In this document: positions 59,875-64,000 of the stretch, in pieces
Layout of the letters: every line of letters starts with the position of its first letter
Numbering within the stretch: the first letter of the stretch is position 1
DNA from: Ignavibacteriota bacterium
Lineage (GTDB): Bacteria > Bacteroidota > Ignavibacteria > UBA10030
Direction of reading: 5' to 3'
Length of the DNA: 64,000 nucleotides
Assembly: GCA_963701295.1 (NCBI GenBank)
Contig: OY969585.1
Span: 128,001 to 192,000 of the forward strand
Program-made: the position numbers and the translations under genes
The notes under the pieces: model-generated
What the model was told of the DNA's origin: nothing
Databases searched by the model: none
Seen by the model: only the letters and a program-made list of their open reading frames with translations

Positions 59875-60795
59875 TTGAACACACTGAAAACAACGACTCT
59901 CTCGCTTAACACACCCAAGGATTTTAACTTTTGGCGTACTGTATACAGTCACGGATGGTGTTCGCTGTTGCCATTCAGTGTGAATAAAGAACGGCCATCA
60001 TTCAATCGACTTCTGACCTTAAGCGACAATTCACTTGTATATTGTCAAATCACCAGCCAAAAGGACTCGCCTCTTAACATTCTCGTGAGTTATCCTCATA
60101 CACTAACAGCTGCTCAGTGTTTCAATATCAAGCACCAAATAGCATCGTGTCTTCGACTCACCGAGGATTATTCTCGTTTTTATCGAGAAGTGAACCGTTT
60201 TCCCAAGTATCGTTGGATTGCCAAACTGAAAGCCGGACGGATGCTTCGCGCACCATCAGTGTTCGAAGATATCGTGAAAATGATTTGCACCACGAATTGC
60301 AGCTGGTCTTTGACGGAAACTATGGTGAATAATCTCACTGGAGAATTAGGAAAGCGATTTGATGGTTCGATAAATAGTTTTCCAACACCGCAAGCGCTTG
60401 CTGGCGCAACCGAACAGTTCTTGAGAAAAAATATTAAGGCAGGCTATCGTTCTCCTTTCCTTCTGGAGTTTGCCAAGAAAGTTGCCGACAATACACTCAC
60501 CGTAGAACAATGGCGTTCTTCTGAACTTCCGACAGATGTATTATTTAAGGAACTTCACTCTATAAAAGGAGTGGGTGAATATGCTGCCGGGAATATTCTC
60601 AAACTCTTAGGGCGCTACGATTACCTCGGGCTCGATTCTTGGGTGCGAGGGAAATATTACGAGATGTATCATAAAGGCAGGGCTGTCAACGACAATACCA
60701 TTGCACGGAGATATGAACAGTACGGCCAATGGCGAGGACTATTTTTCTGGATGGAGATGACAAAAGATTGGTATGATCGCAAGTTTCCATTTTAG
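59875..60795 (+). CDS. HhH-GPD DNA glycosylase (Ogg/AlkA-like)
   Basis: SHGW, ICTTNCSW, FPTP, AGYRS, HhH IKGVGEYAA, catalytic-position LDSW; TTG start. Confidence 0.88.
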   Translation: MNTLKTTTLSLNTPKDFNFWRTVYSHGWCSLLPFSVNKERPSFNRLLTLSDNSLVYCQITSQKDSPLNILVSYPHTLTAAQCFNIKHQIASCLRLTEDYSRFYREVNRFPKYRWIAKLKAGRMLRAPSVFEDIVKMICTTNCSWSLTETMVNNLTGELGKRFDGSINSFPTPQALAGATEQFLRKNIKAGYRSPFLLEFAKKVADNTLTVEQWRSSELPTDVLFKELHSIKGVGEYAAGNILKLLGRYDYLGLDSWVRGKYYEMYHKGRAVNDNTIARRYEQYGQWRGLFFWMEMTKDWYDRKFPF

Positions 60796-60806
60796 TCATA
60801 AAGAAC

Positions 60807-60840
60807 AAAACCTCCAGCCGAACAACGGCCGGAGGTTTCG
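60807..60840. terminator. bidirectional terminator between convergent genes
   Basis: AAAACCTCCAGCCG-aacaa-CGGCCGGAGGTTT. Confidence 0.8.
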
Positions 60841-60875
60841 CATTCACCGCCACAGAAGGTGCATGTGAGATTTTT

Positions 60876-61805
60876 TTAATTCACGATATATGGTATTCCC
60901 CATCCTTGTGATGTTACGGGTGTTTGATCATCATAAATCGAGTTGCGTGTTAATGCAGTAACAAAAATGGTATGCCTGCCGGGGAAATCGCCTATCCAAC
61001 TGCGCCGGTAGATACGAGTAAAAGTTCCATCACTATTGGGCGAAGAACTGACCAGCAACATTCTTTCGCGAATCCGCACAACTGCATCATTGGGATGATG
61101 GACAACGACAATATCGCTATCTGGCGAAGTACTTACAACTGTTGCCTGTATAGTAAATTTCCTTAATAAGTCTCGCTGCATAACATGTAATCCATGACGG
61201 CCTATCGCACCTAATTGGAGATAGTCATCATAAGGCGGAGGAGTAATATCGATCGTTTCAGTTCCAATATTAAATGTTACGTCTGTAATACTGATCGTGT
61301 CACTAGGAGAAGTTGTTGTGCCTTGAACCGCGGAAACATATCGTAGTTTCCAGAGAGTACTGTCATTTTTGACAACCTTTACAAATTTTGCATTCCTGAT
61401 TGTAGTAATTGTATCTGGTTTATGAACTAACGATACTGGATTATTTTCCACAATCCATAATTCTCCGATCAGTGTATGCGTGATAGTCGCTATCATCGTT
61501 GTATCGTCTACTTGGGTGTAGGTTACTGTTCGGGTTGAACTATTCATATGCCTTCCCCATCCAAGGATTGAACCGATTGCCGCAGAGATTTTAGAAAGAG
61601 ATGGACCCGGAGTTAATGTCGAAGAACCATCTTCTAATGTTGCTGCATCGCTGGTCAACAAAGGTTCGGAACTTATCGCTTCATCTAACGTTTGCTGGTA
61701 ACCATTGCTTGTACTCTCTGGGCCATTGGGTGTGTGTTTACATCCAACAACCCAAAAAATAAGTATGAACGCAATACCAGTTGCCAAAAAAATATTCCGT
61801 TTCAT
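60876..61805 (-). CDS. hypothetical beta-rich lipoprotein (paralog A)
   Basis: Lipobox VVGC; shares motifs with 62563-63531. Confidence 0.8.
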   Translation of the reverse strand: MKRNIFLATGIAFILIFWVVGCKHTPNGPESTSNGYQQTLDEAISSEPLLTSDAATLEDGSSTLTPGPSLSKISAAIGSILGWGRHMNSSTRTVTYTQVDDTTMIATITHTLIGELWIVENNPVSLVHKPDTITTIRNAKFVKVVKNDSTLWKLRYVSAVQGTTTSPSDTISITDVTFNIGTETIDITPPPYDDYLQLGAIGRHGLHVMQRDLLRKFTIQATVVSTSPDSDIVVVHHPNDAVVRIRERMLLVSSSPNSDGTFTRIYRRSWIGDFPGRHTIFVTALTRNSIYDDQTPVTSQGWGIPYIVN

Positions 61806-61914
61806 GGACAGTTCCTTTATTTTGATAAGGATGAATGAATTCGATTTATTAGTTTGACTGAACTACAGACAGATTGGTTTAATGTGTACGAAGAATTACT
61901 GTGACGCCTATCAC

Positions 61915-62031
61915 TCAATTAATAACGACATATTCGCTGCGGGGTTCTTTCTTTCCTAGTTCAGAAAGAACAAATTGTATCGGGTCACGCACGATTTCTT
62001 CAAATTTCTTTGTTAATCCTCTCGCTACTAC
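61915..62031 (-). pseudogene. rsmI: 3' fragment of rsmI (16S rRNA C1402 2'-O-methyltransferase)
   Basis: Manual translation VVARGLTKKFEEIVRDPIQFVLSELGKKEPRSEYVVIN*, resembling the RsmI ARELTKxFEE..RG...KGE.V motif with key residues mutated; no start codon. Confidence 0.72.
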
Positions 62032-62033
62032 AA

Positions 62034-62291
62034 TGGATAGCCAAAATGCAAGCCGGACGGATGCTTCGCGCACCGTCAGTATTTGAAGATATCGTGAAAA
62101 TGATCTGCACCACGAATTGCAGCTGGTCTTTGACGGAAACTATGGTAAATAATCTCACTGGAGAAGAGGAATAAATGACGAGATGTATCGTAAAGGTAGG
62201 ACTGTCAGCGACAACACCATTGCACGGTGAAATGAACAGTACGGTCAATGGCGAGGACTATTTTTCTGGATGGAGATGACAAAACACTGGT
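62034..62291 (+). pseudogene. internally deleted second copy of the DNA glycosylase gene
   Basis: 62034-62165 matches 60214-60345; 62166-62291 matches 60647-60772; 301-bp deletion and an AGA->TGA stop. Confidence 0.92.
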
Positions 62292-62483
62292 TAAAGCAAG
62301 ATGCACCTTATTTAATGCCGTTTCCATGACTAATGTTGTGTTTCAAAAAATTTGATCACAAATGGAAACGAGCAGTACTCCCTTTTTATATATCCCATAG
62401 AAAAAAACGCAAGATTGCTTTTTTAGAAGTAGCATTAGCATCCCAATCTTTGCACATGCAAAAAGATTTGGATCCTTCAAAAT

Positions 62484-62520
62484 AAAACGACCTCCGGCAA
62501 AACTACACCGGAGGTCGTTA
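62484..62520 (-). terminator. intrinsic terminator after lipoprotein paralog B
   Basis: Minus strand AACGACCTCCGG-10 nt-CCGGAGGTCGTT-TTATTTT. Confidence 0.8.
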
Positions 62521-62562
62521 CCATCCACCACCACAAAAACTACTGCGGGAGAGGTCTTTTGT

Positions 62563-63531
62563 TCATTCTACAACGTAAGGAATCGCCCAGATATTGGAGG
62601 AGAACGGCGCCTGATCGTCGTAGATCGATTGTCGTGTAATAGCTCCAACGTATACCAAGTATCTCCCGGCGAACGCCCGTGGCCAAACCCATCTATCTGA
62701 TTGGTATACTCTTGTGAATGTGCCATCTCCGTTGGAAACCGAACTAACTAACGCCATCGAAGCGCGCTGGTAAATGCATCCTGAGCTAAACCAGAATGGA
62801 CGATGGTCAACAACGATATCGCTGTCAGGATCCGTGCTCTTCACAGTGACTTGCACCTTGAAGGACGCCGCGGAACCCGGTTGCAACTCTCGAACTCCCC
62901 AGCGCCTGCTGTGCGTCATATTTGCAACTTGGAACAGCGAATCCAATGGATTGGTCACGCTGACGGTATCAGTGTTCATATAGAATGTCACATTTTGGAT
63001 TATCAACCCGCCGTCGTCCGTTCCACCCTGTACTCCAGAGATGGCGACCATCTTCCAGTTTCGCAGGGAATCAAATCCGGAAACTGGAACTTGGCTGAAT
63101 TCCACTTTGTGGATAATGGTTTCCGAGAGCGGTTTGTAAATAAGTGTGTCGCTAAGGCTTTGTTTGACACGTATCCACACTTGTCCCGTTAGAGTATTTG
63201 TCACAGTCGCTATAACTGTTGTGTCATTTAGCTGGTTGTAGGAAACGGATCGCGTCGCGTTCTCGATTTTACGCCCCCAACCGCGGGGGAGAATGGCAGT
63301 ATCTGTTTTTGCCAATGCCGGCACAGCATCACTCAATGCTGCTTGATCTGTGGTAAACAACTGATCCTGTGCAATGAGGCTTGCCATCGCGGCCTGATTC
63401 TGTTGTGATACAGGCATGGAATTGCTAGGCTGAGTTGCCATATTTGATGACTTCTCACATCCTGTCACGAACAGGAGCACCAAAATACCTGCACAAAGAA
63501 CAAAAAAGTATTGTCTCATAAGTCTCTCCAT
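62563..63531 (-). CDS. hypothetical beta-rich lipoprotein (paralog B)
   Basis: Lipobox VTGC; WGR, PDSDIVV, DGTFTR, SIYDDQ, IPY shared with paralog A. Confidence 0.8.
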   Translation of the reverse strand: MERLMRQYFFVLCAGILVLLFVTGCEKSSNMATQPSNSMPVSQQNQAAMASLIAQDQLFTTDQAALSDAVPALAKTDTAILPRGWGRKIENATRSVSYNQLNDTTVIATVTNTLTGQVWIRVKQSLSDTLIYKPLSETIIHKVEFSQVPVSGFDSLRNWKMVAISGVQGGTDDGGLIIQNVTFYMNTDTVSVTNPLDSLFQVANMTHSRRWGVRELQPGSAASFKVQVTVKSTDPDSDIVVDHRPFWFSSGCIYQRASMALVSSVSNGDGTFTRVYQSDRWVWPRAFAGRYLVYVGAITRQSIYDDQAPFSSNIWAIPYVVE

Positions 63532-63794
63532 ACTAGATGAAATATAGTGATTTGGTTATCTATTCTTATTTTCATGAAAGCATTATACAAATGCACGTAA
63601 ACCAACACACAATACATGACAAGTTTGGTGCCGTAGAAATCATAGGGACAATGGAGCAAAAACATCGAAACGCAATTTGTACTATGCAAACTTTGCACTT
63701 GGGCGCAGATATTGCACTCCAAATCTTTTTCCTGTGGAAAATGTGAATTATGTCGAGGGAATAAACATCCTCGCAACAAGGCTGCGAGGTATTA

Positions 63795-63854
63795 TGTCAC
63801 TCCTGCATGCGCGGGAGTCTATTGTTCTGGATTCCCGCTATTGCGGGAATGACA
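63795..63854. repeat. REP-like palindrome with dRS3-type core
   Basis: TGTCACTCCTGC..GCGGGAGTCTA...TGGATTCCCGCTATTGCGGGAATGACA; contains ATTCCC-N8-GGGAAT. Confidence 0.75.
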
Positions 63855-64000
63855 CCGTAAGCGGCGGTATATTGGCCAGAGAAAGAAACGATTCTTTCTC
63901 TCTATTCATTCGTCAAGGCAAGCCTGAAACAAAACAATGCAGCTCTTCTTGAAAGAGGCACGCTTGTAAAAATGAATCAGGAGAGTCAGAAAAGATTCCG

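Noticed and set aside
62034-62291. Diversity-generating retroelement template/variable repeat pair with 60214-60772
   Set aside because: Mismatches are not adenine-specific, many are synonymous, and there is no reverse transcriptase in the window.
707-63952. Numerous 60-170 aa ORFs antisense to or nested in long genes
   Set aside because: Shadow frames with no motifs or RBS.

Overview
Mostly housekeeping chromosome from a diderm bacterium. A T9SS-type C-terminal tail (NYPNPFNPST), the gene content and E. coli-like TTGACA-17-TAnnnT promoters suggest an Ignavibacteria-like member of the FCB group (inference). The window carries uvrB, comF, two tandem TPR/TerB-like/REC regulators, an NTP-transferase + CDP-alcohol phosphotransferase pair behind a frameshifted UvrD/PcrA helicase, ackA, glgP, a membrane-anchored class III cyclase-TPR protein and nusB. 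It also has an envelope operon (rfaE1-rfaE2-tamB-rnr-peptidase/PD40/Omp85), a ~7 kb accessory patch (32.2-39.3 kb) resembling a decayed cassette array, and a TPP-riboswitch operon (two TonB-dependent receptors, thiN, an SSS symporter). The last third holds a peptide-use cluster (pepT, OPT, DPP III), a DEAD-box helicase with a 39-bp repeat tail, and two paralogous lipoproteins separated by a mosaic of rsmI and DNA-glycosylase fragments. I saw no rRNA, tRNA, CRISPR array, transposase or integrase. All family calls come from motif recognition by eye, not database searches.
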